From Planctomycetota bacterium (GTDB lineage Bacteria; Planctomycetota; JAJSAM01), in assembly GCA_024274785.1 (NCBI GenBank), contig JAJSAM010000035.1, positions 85,613 to 149,612 on the forward strand: a stretch of DNA of 64,000 bases. Direction: 5' to 3'. The position numbers and the translations under genes are program-made. Numbering within the stretch: position 1 is the stretch's first letter; each line of letters starts with the position of its first letter. This document shows positions 1 to 8,292 of this stretch, one piece after another. Below the pieces are notes generated by a model that was given only the letters and a program-made list of their open reading frames with translations, did no database searches and was not told where the DNA came from.

Positions 1-1628
1 GGCCAGAAGAAGATCAGCACCCCGGCGGAGCGGATCGCGGTGAGCAGCCCGGTCAGGCTCTCGCCCTCCATCCGCGCGAGGACGAGGAGGTTTCGGAAGA
101 AGGTCTGCGGGCGCTCCCTGGTGCTGACGAGATCCCGGCGCTCCTCTGCCCTGATGCCACCGTAGGTTTCACGGACGAACCGCACCCGGCGGGGTTCGAG
201 CAGGAGGTGGAGTCGCTCCGGTTCCAGGCGGGGGGGATCCGGCGCGATGCGTTGAAGCCGCTCGGCGAGGAGGCCGGGGTCGGTCGAGGCCGTCTCGCCC
301 GCGAGAAACCACGAGCGCTCCCCGGGAGAGACCAGCACCCGCGTGAATTCCGTCGAAAGCGTCGCCAGCACCGAGGTCCCGTAGCGGGTCAGCTCGGAGC
401 CGAAGTAGTTCTCGGCGGACGTGATCGCCGTGGCGAACGTTCCTCCCGGCCCGAGGCGGGTCCGGATCCAATCGTAGAATTCCCGCGTGAAAAAGCGTCC
501 GGCGAGAGCGGTGTCCGGATCGCCGACATCCACGACGATCAGGTCGAAGGGGGGCTCGGCCGGGAGTTTTTCGAGGGCGCCGGACACCACCCGCAGCCGA
601 TCGTCCTCGAGCGCCTTGCGCTCCTCCTCCGGCATCGCGGCGAGCAGGAAGTCGCGGCCGGCTCTGTCGGGGACGTAGCGGACGACCTCCCGGACCGGGT
701 AGCGCAGGAGCTCCCTTGCCAGCGTGTCGGTTCCGGAGCCGATGAGCAGGGCGCGCTGCGGATGCGTGCCCTGCGTGAGCAGCAGCGCGGCGTCCATCAC
801 GGCGGCGTCAAAGGAGGGCCAGGTGGCGAGGATCGAGCCGTTCTCGACGGCGATGGTCCGGTCGTCGATCCGTCCGATCTCGAGCCTCCGGTAGGGCGTT
901 TCGGTCCGGGCGACCGGCTCCGCGCCCGGATAGAGGCTCTGCCATTGACGCCGGGCGAGGCGATCCTCGAGCTGCGCTCCGACGGGGGTGAAGAGCAGCA
1001 CCAGGGAGCCGGCGAGCAGCATCGCATGGGCCCGGGCGGCGTGTTTCTGCTTCCCGTTCACGGCGGCGGCGAGGCCCGCGAACGCCAGCAGCGCGGTGAG
1101 GACCGGCAGCGCGGGCAGGGCGCCGTGTCCGAGCAGCAGGAAGGCGGTGATCGCCGCCGCTCCCAGGGCCGCGCCGGCGCATTCGCAGAGGTAGACGAAC
1201 GACACCGCCCCCCTGCTCTTCCGATGCCCCCTGCCCTTTCGAAACCACGCCACCGCCAGCGGGAACAGCGCCCCGGTGACGAAGCTCACCGGGGAGTTCG
1301 TGAGGAAAGTGGCGAGAAACAGGTCGCGGGTCCCGAAGAGGTCGGTGGGGGCCACGCCGGCCAGCGACCGGAGCTGCCGGATCAGGAGGAGCTGGAAGAG
1401 CAGGGCGACCGGGTAGAGCGCGAGCGCACTCGGAAACCACCGATGCCTTCTGCGCAGGCGCAGCGCGACCAGCGCCCCGACCCCGACCCAGAGGAGCCAG
1501 GAGGAGAAGAAGATCCCCGCACCCAGTTCGTTCCCCTCGTAGACGACCAGGTATTCGCGGAAGAGAGCGGTCTGCGCCGCGAGGGCGAAGGCGCCCATGA
1601 GCGCGAAGATCAGTGCGCGCCTACTCAT
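1..1628 (-). CDS. Polyamine aminopropyltransferase (spermidine-synthase/PABS family)-like membrane protein; 3' end lies beyond window start
   Basis: Not in ORF track (no stop in window). Reverse-complement translation from ATG (rc of 1626-1628) gives a continuous protein with an N-terminal hydrophobic region (MSRRALIFALMGAFALAAQTALFREYLVVYEG...) and PABS-like motifs (LLIGSGTDTLARELLRYP; DLIVVDVGDPDTALAGRFFTREFYDWIRTRLGPGGTFA). 8-bp overlap with upstream Memo/AMMECR1 gene end. Translated by eye, so exact frame continuity not machine-verified. Confidence 0.55.
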   Translation of the reverse strand, partial: MSRRALIFALMGAFALAAQTALFREYLVVYEGNELGAGIFFSSWLLWVGVGALVALRLRRRHRWFPSALALYPVALLFQLLLIRQLRSLAGVAPTDLFGTRDLFLATFLTNSPVSFVTGALFPLAVAWFRKGRGHRKSRGAVSFVYLCECAGAALGAAAITAFLLLGHGALPALPVLTALLAFAGLAAAVNGKQKHAARAHAMLLAGSLVLLFTPVGAQLEDRLARRQWQSLYPGAEPVARTETPYRRLEIGRIDDRTIAVENGSILATWPSFDAAVMDAALLLTQGTHPQRALLIGSGTDTLARELLRYPVREVVRYVPDRAGRDFLLAAMPEEERKALEDDRLRVVSGALEKLPAEPPFDLIVVDVGDPDTALAGRFFTREFYDWIRTRLGPGGTFATAITSAENYFGSELTRYGTSVLATLSTEFTRVLVSPGERSWFLAGETASTDPGLLAERLQRIAPDPPRLEPERLHLLLEPRRVRFVRETYGGIRAEERRDLVSTRERPQTFFRNLLVLARMEGESLTGLLTAIRSAGVLIFFW

Positions 1629-3168
1629 CCTCTCCGAATACCTGTGCGGTAAAGACCTCGAAGCTCGCGCGGGGGGAGGTGAAGGCGTCGGAGGCCAGCC
1701 CGCCCTTTCGCGAGAGGTGGATCAGCGTCTCTTCGAGGTCCCAGCCCTGCTCCGGGGCGACCTGGGGCAGGTAGACGGAGCGCCTTCGCCCGTCATAGGA
1801 GAGCAGGATGCCGTGCCTGCCGATCTCGATCTCCCGGAAGGACCCGATCTTCACCGGCGGCGTCAGGACCGAGATCTCGATGTGGATCTTCTCGAGTTCA
1901 TCCTCCTGGACGCGAGGGAAACGGCGGTCCTCCGCGGCCGAGGAGATGGCGCGTTTCAGAATCGACCTGTAGAGCGGGCGGACCGGGAGGATGTCGCCGA
2001 TGCATCCGCGCAGGCGGCTGTCGATCGTGAGGGTCACGAAGGACCCCGCGTCCGGGCGGAGGCCTTCGGGGATCGATACGCCCTCTTTCTCCAGGTCGTA
2101 GACTTCGCCCTCGCGGATGAATCGCTCCATGCTCTCCCGGGCGATCTCGAGCGCGAACTGCTGCTCCGCTTCGGTGAGTGCGCGGAACTTCGTCTCTTCA
2201 GGCGCCTCCCGGGCCGGACCGGTGAAGGCGATTCCGACGTAGGAGACGGAGTTGGTGTAGTCGCCGCCGCCCGCGCCGGAGGTGTCGTAGCCGGTGAGCT
2301 TCGCTTCGGTCTCCGGCGGGAGCAGGGAGAGCAGCACGCAGATCGGGGCGAAACCGCAGATGGTGATCCCGGTGTCGCGCTTGAAGTCGACGAAACCGTC
2401 GAAGTCGAGATCGAGGAGGTGCTTTGCGGCGCCGAGATCGAGTTTTCTCAGGTTCTCGGCGATGTGGTCGTCAACGGGGAACGGCTGGTAGCCGAACCGG
2501 GGGCCGTAGTGGGCGCTGTCGGAGGAAGCGATCACCAGGTCGCCCGGGCGAAGCTCTTTTTTCAGGGCCGCGGCCACCGCGCGGGAGGCTTCCGGACTCG
2601 TGCCGACGAGCATCGGAACGAGGAAGAAATCGCCGAGGATCCGCTGCAGGAACGGGAGCTGGATTTCCACCGAGTGCTCGGTCTGGTGGGCGGTGGGATG
2701 GACGCTGAACGGGCCGCCGGAAGCAAGGAGTCGGTCCGCCGCGGCCCGGTCGAGCGGGACTTTGCCGAGGGGCGTTTCGTAGTGCGTGACCGCGGGGATG
2801 GAGACGCCGTCCACCGCGGCGCGATGGGGAACCGCCAGGATGAAGACCCGGGTGTAGGAACGCCCGCGGATGGCTGCGTAGACCGCGGCCTGCATCGGGC
2901 CGGCAAAGTTGTACCCGGCGTGCGGGACGATCAGGGCGGTGGGGGCCCCGCCGTCCCACTTCGGGGCGTTGGCGAGGAGAGAGTCGACCTTCTTCGCCAG
3001 CTCTTTCGCGGTGCCCGGGTACCAGCCGCGTCCGGCGAGCGCGGCCTTCCGCACGAGGTGGGGTTCGGGCGCCTCGACCGGTTGCGGGACTGGATTCCCG
3101 GTCGGCGGCGGATCCTGGTCGCAGGCCGGCAGGGCCAGCAGGACGAGGAGCAGGGAGATCGATTTCAT
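1621..3168 (-). CDS. AmmeMemoRadiSam system protein B (Memo1-like) fused to protein A (AMMECR1 domain); predicted lipoprotein
   Basis: 515-aa ORF. N-terminal lipobox MKSISLLLVLLALPAC. Memo-like region (ALIVPHAGYNFAGPMQAAVYAAI...). C-terminal AMMECR1-like region (GSFVTLTI...LRGCIG). Directly downstream of the partner radical SAM gene. Confidence 0.8.
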   Translation of the reverse strand: MKSISLLLVLLALPACDQDPPPTGNPVPQPVEAPEPHLVRKAALAGRGWYPGTAKELAKKVDSLLANAPKWDGGAPTALIVPHAGYNFAGPMQAAVYAAIRGRSYTRVFILAVPHRAAVDGVSIPAVTHYETPLGKVPLDRAAADRLLASGGPFSVHPTAHQTEHSVEIQLPFLQRILGDFFLVPMLVGTSPEASRAVAAALKKELRPGDLVIASSDSAHYGPRFGYQPFPVDDHIAENLRKLDLGAAKHLLDLDFDGFVDFKRDTGITICGFAPICVLLSLLPPETEAKLTGYDTSGAGGGDYTNSVSYVGIAFTGPAREAPEETKFRALTEAEQQFALEIARESMERFIREGEVYDLEKEGVSIPEGLRPDAGSFVTLTIDSRLRGCIGDILPVRPLYRSILKRAISSAAEDRRFPRVQEDELEKIHIEISVLTPPVKIGSFREIEIGRHGILLSYDGRRRSVYLPQVAPEQGWDLEETLIHLSRKGGLASDAFTSPRASFEVFTAQVFGEDE

Positions 3169-3172
3169 GGCA

Positions 3173-3340
3173 TTACCCCGCGAGGTCGTTTCTATCTCTC
3201 AGGCGCCGCCGGTCGAGGGGCTTCACCGGGATCAGGATCCGCCTCCCGGTCCTGGCAAGCAGGCCGAGGGCGGTGAGCGCGGCGGCGCCGGACAGCGTCA
3301 GGGCGGAGAGCAGGAAGCCGCGCCGGGTCGGGCCGTTCAT
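3173..3340 (-). CDS. Small ORF (55 aa) with twin-arginine-like N-terminus
   Basis: MNGPTRRGFLLSALTLSGAAALTALGLLA... Its ATG overlaps the TGA stop of the rSAM gene (ATGA at 3337-3340). Stop TAA at 3173-3175, 5 nt upstream of the Memo/AMMECR1 start. Short ORFs are common by chance in GC-rich DNA. Confidence 0.2.
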   Translation of the reverse strand: MNGPTRRGFLLSALTLSGAAALTALGLLARTGRRILIPVKPLDRRRLRDRNDLAG

Positions 3341-4311
3341 TCAAAGACTCCTTCCGTCGGACGGTCGCAGGAGAGGCAGCGTCCTTCGCGTATCCGGATT
3401 TCGCCGAGCCGGTAACCGACGCGCGGGATCAGCTCCGCACCGCACCCGGGACAGCGGGTGGTCTCTCCGCCGGAACCCGGGACGTTACCGACATAGACGT
3501 AGTGCAGGCCGACCTCGCGGGCGATCTCCCTGGCGCGGAGGAGCCGCTTCGGGGAGGTCGGCGGGAGGTTTTTCAGTCGGTAACGCGGGAAGAAACGGGA
3601 GAAGTGGAGGGGTGTCTCGGGACCCAGGTGGTCATGCACGAAGCGCGCGAGGCATCGGATGCTCCTCTCGTCGTCGTTCAGCGTCGGAATGACGAGGTTG
3701 GTGACCTCCACCCAGACGCCCTCCTCCTTCGCGATCACGAGGGCGTCCTGCACCGGCTTCAAGGTCGCTCCGCACACTTCCCGGTAGAGGCGGTCGGAGA
3801 AGAACTTCAGGTCGATGTTGGCGGCGTCGGTCACCCTGCAGAGGCGGCGCCAGGGATCCTCGTTCACGTAGCCGGCGGTGACGAGGACGTTGCGGAGTCC
3901 CGCTGCGCGCGCCTGCAGGGAGGTCTCGAGCGCGAATTCGTAGAAGACCACCGGGTCGGTGTAGGTGAAGGCCACCGAGCGGCAACCCTCCTCTCCGGCG
4001 AGCGCGATCACCTGCTCCGGGGGGCAGAGGTAGGCCGGCTCCTCTTCCGGGTTGGCCTGCGAGATCTCCCAGTTCTGGCAGTTGGTGCAGTGCAGGTTGC
4101 AGCCGACGGTGGCGATGGAGAAGATCGCCGACCCCGGCAGGAAGTGGAAGAGGGGTTTCTTCTCGATGGGATCGACGTGGAGCGAGCAGGGCCGCCCGTA
4201 GGTGACCGCGCGAAGCCTGCCGTCCAGGTTGATCCGGATCCGGCACTCCCCACTCTGCCCCGGAGCAATCCGGCATTGCTTCGGACACAACTGGCAGGTC
4301 ACGAAGCTCAT
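3337..4311 (-). CDS. AmmeMemoRadiSam system radical SAM enzyme (PFL-activating-enzyme-like)
   Basis: 324 aa. CNLHCTNCQNW radical-SAM CxxxCxxC motif. C-terminal CPGCGAEL...CLSC cysteine cluster. Operon with the Memo/AMMECR1 gene. Confidence 0.85.
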   Translation of the reverse strand: MSFVTCQLCPKQCRIAPGQSGECRIRINLDGRLRAVTYGRPCSLHVDPIEKKPLFHFLPGSAIFSIATVGCNLHCTNCQNWEISQANPEEEPAYLCPPEQVIALAGEEGCRSVAFTYTDPVVFYEFALETSLQARAAGLRNVLVTAGYVNEDPWRRLCRVTDAANIDLKFFSDRLYREVCGATLKPVQDALVIAKEEGVWVEVTNLVIPTLNDDERSIRCLARFVHDHLGPETPLHFSRFFPRYRLKNLPPTSPKRLLRAREIAREVGLHYVYVGNVPGSGGETTRCPGCGAELIPRVGYRLGEIRIREGRCLSCDRPTEGVFE

Positions 4312-4354
4312 TGCCGGATTCTACACGACGAGGCCCTTCGGCGACATTGGACAA

Positions 4355-4364
4355 GGGGGGGGGG
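4355..4364. repeat. G10 homopolymeric tract 44 bp upstream of AmmeMemoRadiSam operon start
   Basis: acaaGGGGGGGGGGcggg read directly in the sequence. Confidence 0.9.
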
Positions 4365-4647
4365 CGGGATGTCCCCATCGACCACTGGGGTGAGTTGGGA
4401 CTGCTTGATCGGAGGGCGGTGCGCCTGCGCCACCACGATGGTCCTGGTGCGTTCGCGTTCTCCGTTGCGCGGACGAGGCGGCCGACCTCTCTGCCGGATT
4501 GCTCGCAGGATCCAGGGCGAGTCGCTGCCGGTCACCAACCTGTCCGGCTGGCTGAGGAGCTTGCGTACCTGACGGTCTTCTGCCTCACTGCTTCACCGAC
4601 CTGTCCGCTCTGCCATTTTTGTCACCATCGTCCGGTAACCTCTTCGC

Positions 4648-6345
4648 ATGGAAGGACGGACTCTCCACATCCACGAGGCGCGGATCGGGATCGGTCTGCC
4701 TACCCGCACCGTTCGGCCGCACGGGCGGAAGGGCGATGAGATTCTGGCGGCGCTGCACACGGCGCTCGGGGAACCGGCGGACCGGATCGTTCTCACCGGC
4801 CGGTTGTTCGAGCGGCCGGATCCGGCGGCCCACCTGGTGGACCGGGTCGTGGCGCCGCTCGCGGATCTCGTCGCTCGGGGTATTGCGGTCACCGCTCCGT
4901 CCCACACGTCTCGTGCCCTGCTGTTCCTCGCGGCCGGAATCGGCCTCGCCGACGTGGACCTCCCGGGTCCTCCGGTCGAGTTCTGGCGGGTGGGGCGGTT
5001 TCGGGTGCTCAGCGGGGGGGAATCGGAGGTGCGCCAGGTCCGCCTTCCCGGCATCGCCGAAGTGACGATCGACCTGACCGGTCTGGCCATCGGTGAGGCT
5101 CTCGAGGCCATCCGCACCCGGCTGCGCCCGATTCAGGCGGTGCGGATGGTTCGGCTCACGCTTCACGGCCGGACCGCCGAGCGGGAACTGCTCACCTTCG
5201 GGCATCGGGAGATCCGCCACTACCTGCCGGGCGGCGTGGACGGCGCGGTGGTGAACGAACTGACCGGCCGCCGACCCGGAAACGGGCAGTTCGAGAGTGA
5301 CGACGCGCGGAAGGCCGCGCTCGCCGAGCGCCGGAAGCGCCTGCCGGACCTCCCCGAGACCACCGGGGTCTACGAGTTTCAGGACGATCGCGGTCGGCCG
5401 CTCTATGTCGGCAAGGCCGTGAACATCCGCCGGAGGGTAGCCTCGCACTTCACCGCCGAGGCCCGGGAGGAATCGCCGCGCGGCCCCATGCTTCTCGCTG
5501 CCCGGAACCTGGTCTTCTCCGAAATGCCGACCGAGGTGGAGGCCCTCCTCCGGGAGGCGGAGCGGATCCGGGAAGCCCGCCCCCCGTACAACCGGCAGAT
5601 GCGTGAGACCGAGAACTACCGGTATCTTCGCGCCGATGTCGACGCCGTTGTGCCGGGCATCACCTCGGTTCCGGAGACGAAGAAGGACGGCGCGGTCTAC
5701 ATCGGCCCGTTTCCAAAACGCTGGCCGGTGGAACGGTCCATCCGGACGCTGATGGTGATCTACGGCCTGAAGTCGTGCAAATGGAAGCCTTCGGAAGAGG
5801 CGCCCCCGATCTGCACCGATCGCGACCTCGACCTCTGCACCGCGCCATGTACCGGCCGGGTATCGCTCCCGGAGTATCGCGAGCGGGTGATGATGGCCCT
5901 CGACGACCTGCTCGGCACCGGACTCGGCGAGCCTGCGTTCGGTGCCCTGAACTCGCCGTCGGCCGGCCTGTTGGCCACCGGGGATCTGCGCATTCTGGAC
6001 AGGTTCCGGGGCAGTGTCCGCTACCTGCTCGACAACCTGCGCTCCGCCTGCGGGACCCTGCCGCTTTCCGATGGCCGAACGCTCCTCGTGCTGGGAGGCC
6101 TGCGTGCCGGCGTTCGGCGGGTGAGCGAAACCGAAGCTGACGAATGGCGCCGCCGGTCCCTCAGGGCCTTCTCCCGTCATCCGCCCCGCACCGCCGTCTC
6201 GGTATCGCGGGTGAACGAGGTGCGCATCCTCTCCCGGGCGCTGCGGGAGCAGGGGGCTTGCATCGTTCCCTCCACCGAGCGGCCCTGCCGCAATGGAGGG
6301 TCGACCTCCGGGCGACTGTGCTGGCAGTCCGGCAGCGTCATGTAG
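4648..6345 (+). CDS. GIY-YIG nuclease (Cho/UvrC N-terminal-half-like) with N-terminal degenerate calcineurin-like (SbcD/Mre11-like) region
   Basis: 565 aa. GIY-YIG motif TGVYEFQDDRGRPLYVGKAVNIRRRVASHF. UvrC-like Cys-rich segment (EAPPICTDRDLDLCTAPCTGRVSLPEYRERVMMALDDLL). N-terminus TLHIHEARIG / RIVLTGRLFERPD resembles the SbcD phosphoesterase motifs (LHTSDWHLG / VLIAGDLFD) with metal ligands substituted. The last 19 codons are supplied by repeat copy A. Confidence 0.6.
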   Translation: MEGRTLHIHEARIGIGLPTRTVRPHGRKGDEILAALHTALGEPADRIVLTGRLFERPDPAAHLVDRVVAPLADLVARGIAVTAPSHTSRALLFLAAGIGLADVDLPGPPVEFWRVGRFRVLSGGESEVRQVRLPGIAEVTIDLTGLAIGEALEAIRTRLRPIQAVRMVRLTLHGRTAERELLTFGHREIRHYLPGGVDGAVVNELTGRRPGNGQFESDDARKAALAERRKRLPDLPETTGVYEFQDDRGRPLYVGKAVNIRRRVASHFTAEAREESPRGPMLLAARNLVFSEMPTEVEALLREAERIREARPPYNRQMRETENYRYLRADVDAVVPGITSVPETKKDGAVYIGPFPKRWPVERSIRTLMVIYGLKSCKWKPSEEAPPICTDRDLDLCTAPCTGRVSLPEYRERVMMALDDLLGTGLGEPAFGALNSPSAGLLATGDLRILDRFRGSVRYLLDNLRSACGTLPLSDGRTLLVLGGLRAGVRRVSETEADEWRRRSLRAFSRHPPRTAVSVSRVNEVRILSRALREQGACIVPSTERPCRNGGSTSGRLCWQSGSVM

Positions 6346-6377
6346 AATCTGCGACCGCCGCGAAGATTTCGAACGTC
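6278..6377 (+). repeat. Dispersed ~100-bp intergenic repeat, copy A
   Basis: gcggccctgccgcaATGGAGGGTCGACCTCCGGGCGACtGTGCTGGCAGTCCGGcagCGTCAtgtagaatctgcgaccgccgcgaagatttcgaacgtc. Near-identical to copies at 8083, 48887 and (reverse complement) 32390. Contains a GGAGG-GTCGAC-CTCC hairpin. Confidence 0.85.
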
Positions 6378-6419
6378 AGTCGTTCCGAGGCCGATGATCA
6401 TGATATGGATTAGGTCCAT

Positions 6420-7076
6420 ATGAAGATCGAGTCAGTGACAGAGCTCGCGCTCCCCGAGGTCAAGATCCTCCGCTTCGCACGTTTCCCCGATGAGCGGGGA
6501 TACTTCACGGAGGTCTTCCGGAGCACGCAGGTGGCCGAAGCCCTGGGGATGGACGTCTTCGAAGTCGTCCAGGTGAACGAGAGTTCTTCCCATGCGGGAG
6601 TGGTCCGCGGCCTGCACGCGCAGTGGAATCCCTGGCAGGGGAAGCTGGTCCGGCCCCTGCACGGGAAGTTCATCGATCTCGCGGCCGACATCCGCAAGGG
6701 TTCTCCGAGCTTCGGGAAGGTCGTGGCCTGCCAGTTGCGCCAGGATCCCGCCGCGATGGCGGACGAGTGGATCTGGGTGCCGCCGGGGTTCGCCCACGGG
6801 GTGGTGTTCAACGACCGGGGGACGATTCAGTACGTCTGCACGTCCGCCTGGAGCCCCGGCTGTGAACTGTCCATCAGGCCGGATTCCGGGGATCTCGACT
6901 GGTCTTCCTGCGATCCGGAGCTTCGCGAGGAGATCCAGGGGTTCCTTTCACTCGAGGTCGTGGTGAACGAGAAGGACCAGGCCGGTCTGACGCTCGAGGG
7001 CTGGGCGGCCGACCCGCGATCCGGCGCCTTCACCTACGCCCCCGGCGAGCCCTTCGAGGTCCGCACCGCATTCTGA
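6420..7076 (+). CDS. dTDP-4-dehydrorhamnose 3,5-epimerase (RmlC)-like cupin
   Basis: 218 aa. ILRFARFPDERGYFTEVFR ... GLHAQW ... WVPPGFAHGV: the RmlC cupin signature. Confidence 0.7.
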   Translation: MKIESVTELALPEVKILRFARFPDERGYFTEVFRSTQVAEALGMDVFEVVQVNESSSHAGVVRGLHAQWNPWQGKLVRPLHGKFIDLAADIRKGSPSFGKVVACQLRQDPAAMADEWIWVPPGFAHGVVFNDRGTIQYVCTSAWSPGCELSIRPDSGDLDWSSCDPELREEIQGFLSLEVVVNEKDQAGLTLEGWAADPRSGAFTYAPGEPFEVRTAF

Positions 7077-7107
7077 GCGCAACCCGACAGATCAACGGAG
7101 GAATCCG

Positions 7108-8076
7108 ATGCAATACACGCACCTCGGCCGTACCGGCCTTTCCGTTTCCCGCTTGTGCCTCGGCACCATGAACTTCGGCCCCCTGACGACGGGGGAGGAC
7201 AGCTTCGCGATCATGGACCGGGCCCGCGAAGAGGGGCTCAACTTCTTCGACACCGCGAACGTCTACGGGCGGGAGATGGGCGTCGGCGCCACGGAAGAGA
7301 TCGTCGGCAACTGGTTCGCCGAGGGTGGCGGGCGCCGTGAGGACACCGTGCTGGCGACCAAGGTCTACGGCCAGATGGGGGAGAAACCGAACGAGAGCCG
7401 GCTCTCCGCGCTGCACATCCGCCGTGCCTGCGAGGAGAGCCTGCGGCGCCTGAAGACGGACACCATCGACCTCTACCAGATGCACCACGTCGACCGGAAC
7501 ACTCCCTGGGAGGAGATCTGGCAGGCGATGGAGCGGCTCGTCGCGGAGGGCAAGGTTCTCTATGTCGGCAGCAGCAACTTCGCCGGCTGGCACATCGCCA
7601 CCGCCAACCAGGTGGCCGCGAAGCGCAACTTCCTCGGGCTGGTCTGCGAGCAGAGCAAGTACCACCTCGCCGAGCGGAGGATCGAGATGGAGGTCATCCC
7701 GGCCTGCGAGGAGTACGGTCTGGGCGTCATCCCCTGGAGCCCGCTGGCCGGCGGCGCCCTCGGCGGTGTCCTCGGAAAGCTCGAAGAGGGCCGCCGTGTC
7801 TCGGAGTGGACGCAGAAGACGGTGGAGAAGCTCCGCCCGCAGATCGAACGCTACGAGGCGCTCTGCGAGAAGATCGGCGAGTCCCCGGCCATCGTGGCCA
7901 CGGCCTGGCTTCTCTCCCGCCCGGCGGTCACCGCTCCGATCATCGGTCCGCGAACGATGGAGCAACTCGAGGACGCGATCCACGCGCTCGAGGTGACGCT
8001 GACCGAGGAGCACCTGGCCGCGCTGGATGAGATCTGGCCGGGCCCGGGCACGGCGCCGGAGGCGTACGCCTGGTAA
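7108..8076 (+). CDS. Aldo/keto reductase (AKR, Tas/YajO-like)
   Basis: 322 aa. GTMNFG...FFDTANVYG...IDLYQMHHVD...GSSNFAGW. Good RBS (caacGGAGGaatccgATG). Confidence 0.85.
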   Translation: MQYTHLGRTGLSVSRLCLGTMNFGPLTTGEDSFAIMDRAREEGLNFFDTANVYGREMGVGATEEIVGNWFAEGGGRREDTVLATKVYGQMGEKPNESRLSALHIRRACEESLRRLKTDTIDLYQMHHVDRNTPWEEIWQAMERLVAEGKVLYVGSSNFAGWHIATANQVAAKRNFLGLVCEQSKYHLAERRIEMEVIPACEEYGLGVIPWSPLAGGALGGVLGKLEEGRRVSEWTQKTVEKLRPQIERYEALCEKIGESPAIVATAWLLSRPAVTAPIIGPRTMEQLEDAIHALEVTLTEEHLAALDEIWPGPGTAPEAYAW

Positions 8077-8082
8077 ACGGAG

Positions 8083-8152
8083 CAGCGCTCTCCAGCCGCA
8101 ATGGAGGGTCGACCTCCGGGCGACCGTGCCGGCGGTCCGGGAGCGTCACGTG
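8083..8152 (+). repeat. Dispersed intergenic repeat, copy B (shorter)
   Basis: agcgctctccagccgcaATGGAGGGTCGACCTCCGGGCGACCGTGCcGGCgGTCCGGgagCGTCAcgtgg, beginning 7 bp after the AKR stop. Confidence 0.8.
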
Positions 8153-8292
8153 GACGATCACTCGTTCCGGCCCCCTGGACTGGACCGCATCGGCCATGGT
8201 GCGGGCGCCGTCGAGAGGGCCGGCGAGGTCCGGAGGATCCGGCCGCCGCCCTCGCCCCTGGAGCCGTCGATCGTGATCATCGGTCGCGCCTC

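Noticed and set aside
207-1652. 481-aa + strand ORF (and overlapping 808..1440 minus ORF) in the first 1.6 kb
   Set aside because: Low-complexity Arg/Gly/Pro-rich translations typical of wrong-frame GC-rich DNA. The real gene here is the PABS-family gene on the minus strand running off the window, found by translating the reverse complement.
4585-6180. 531-aa minus-strand ORF antisense to the GIY-YIG gene, and similar long antisense/off-frame ORFs (8294..9607, 19755..21113, 21989..22999, 23034..24401, 23215..25056, 25201..27048, 27196..29415, 36679..37740, 42881..45118, 45259..48561, 50451..51476, 51409..53343, 54407..55690, 56338..58683, 59778..61151, 61738..62880)
   Set aside because: Each lies opposite or out of frame to a gene with clear family motifs. 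Translations are compositionally biased (R/G/P/A-rich) without recognisable domains. This is expected in about 68% GC DNA where stop codons are rare.
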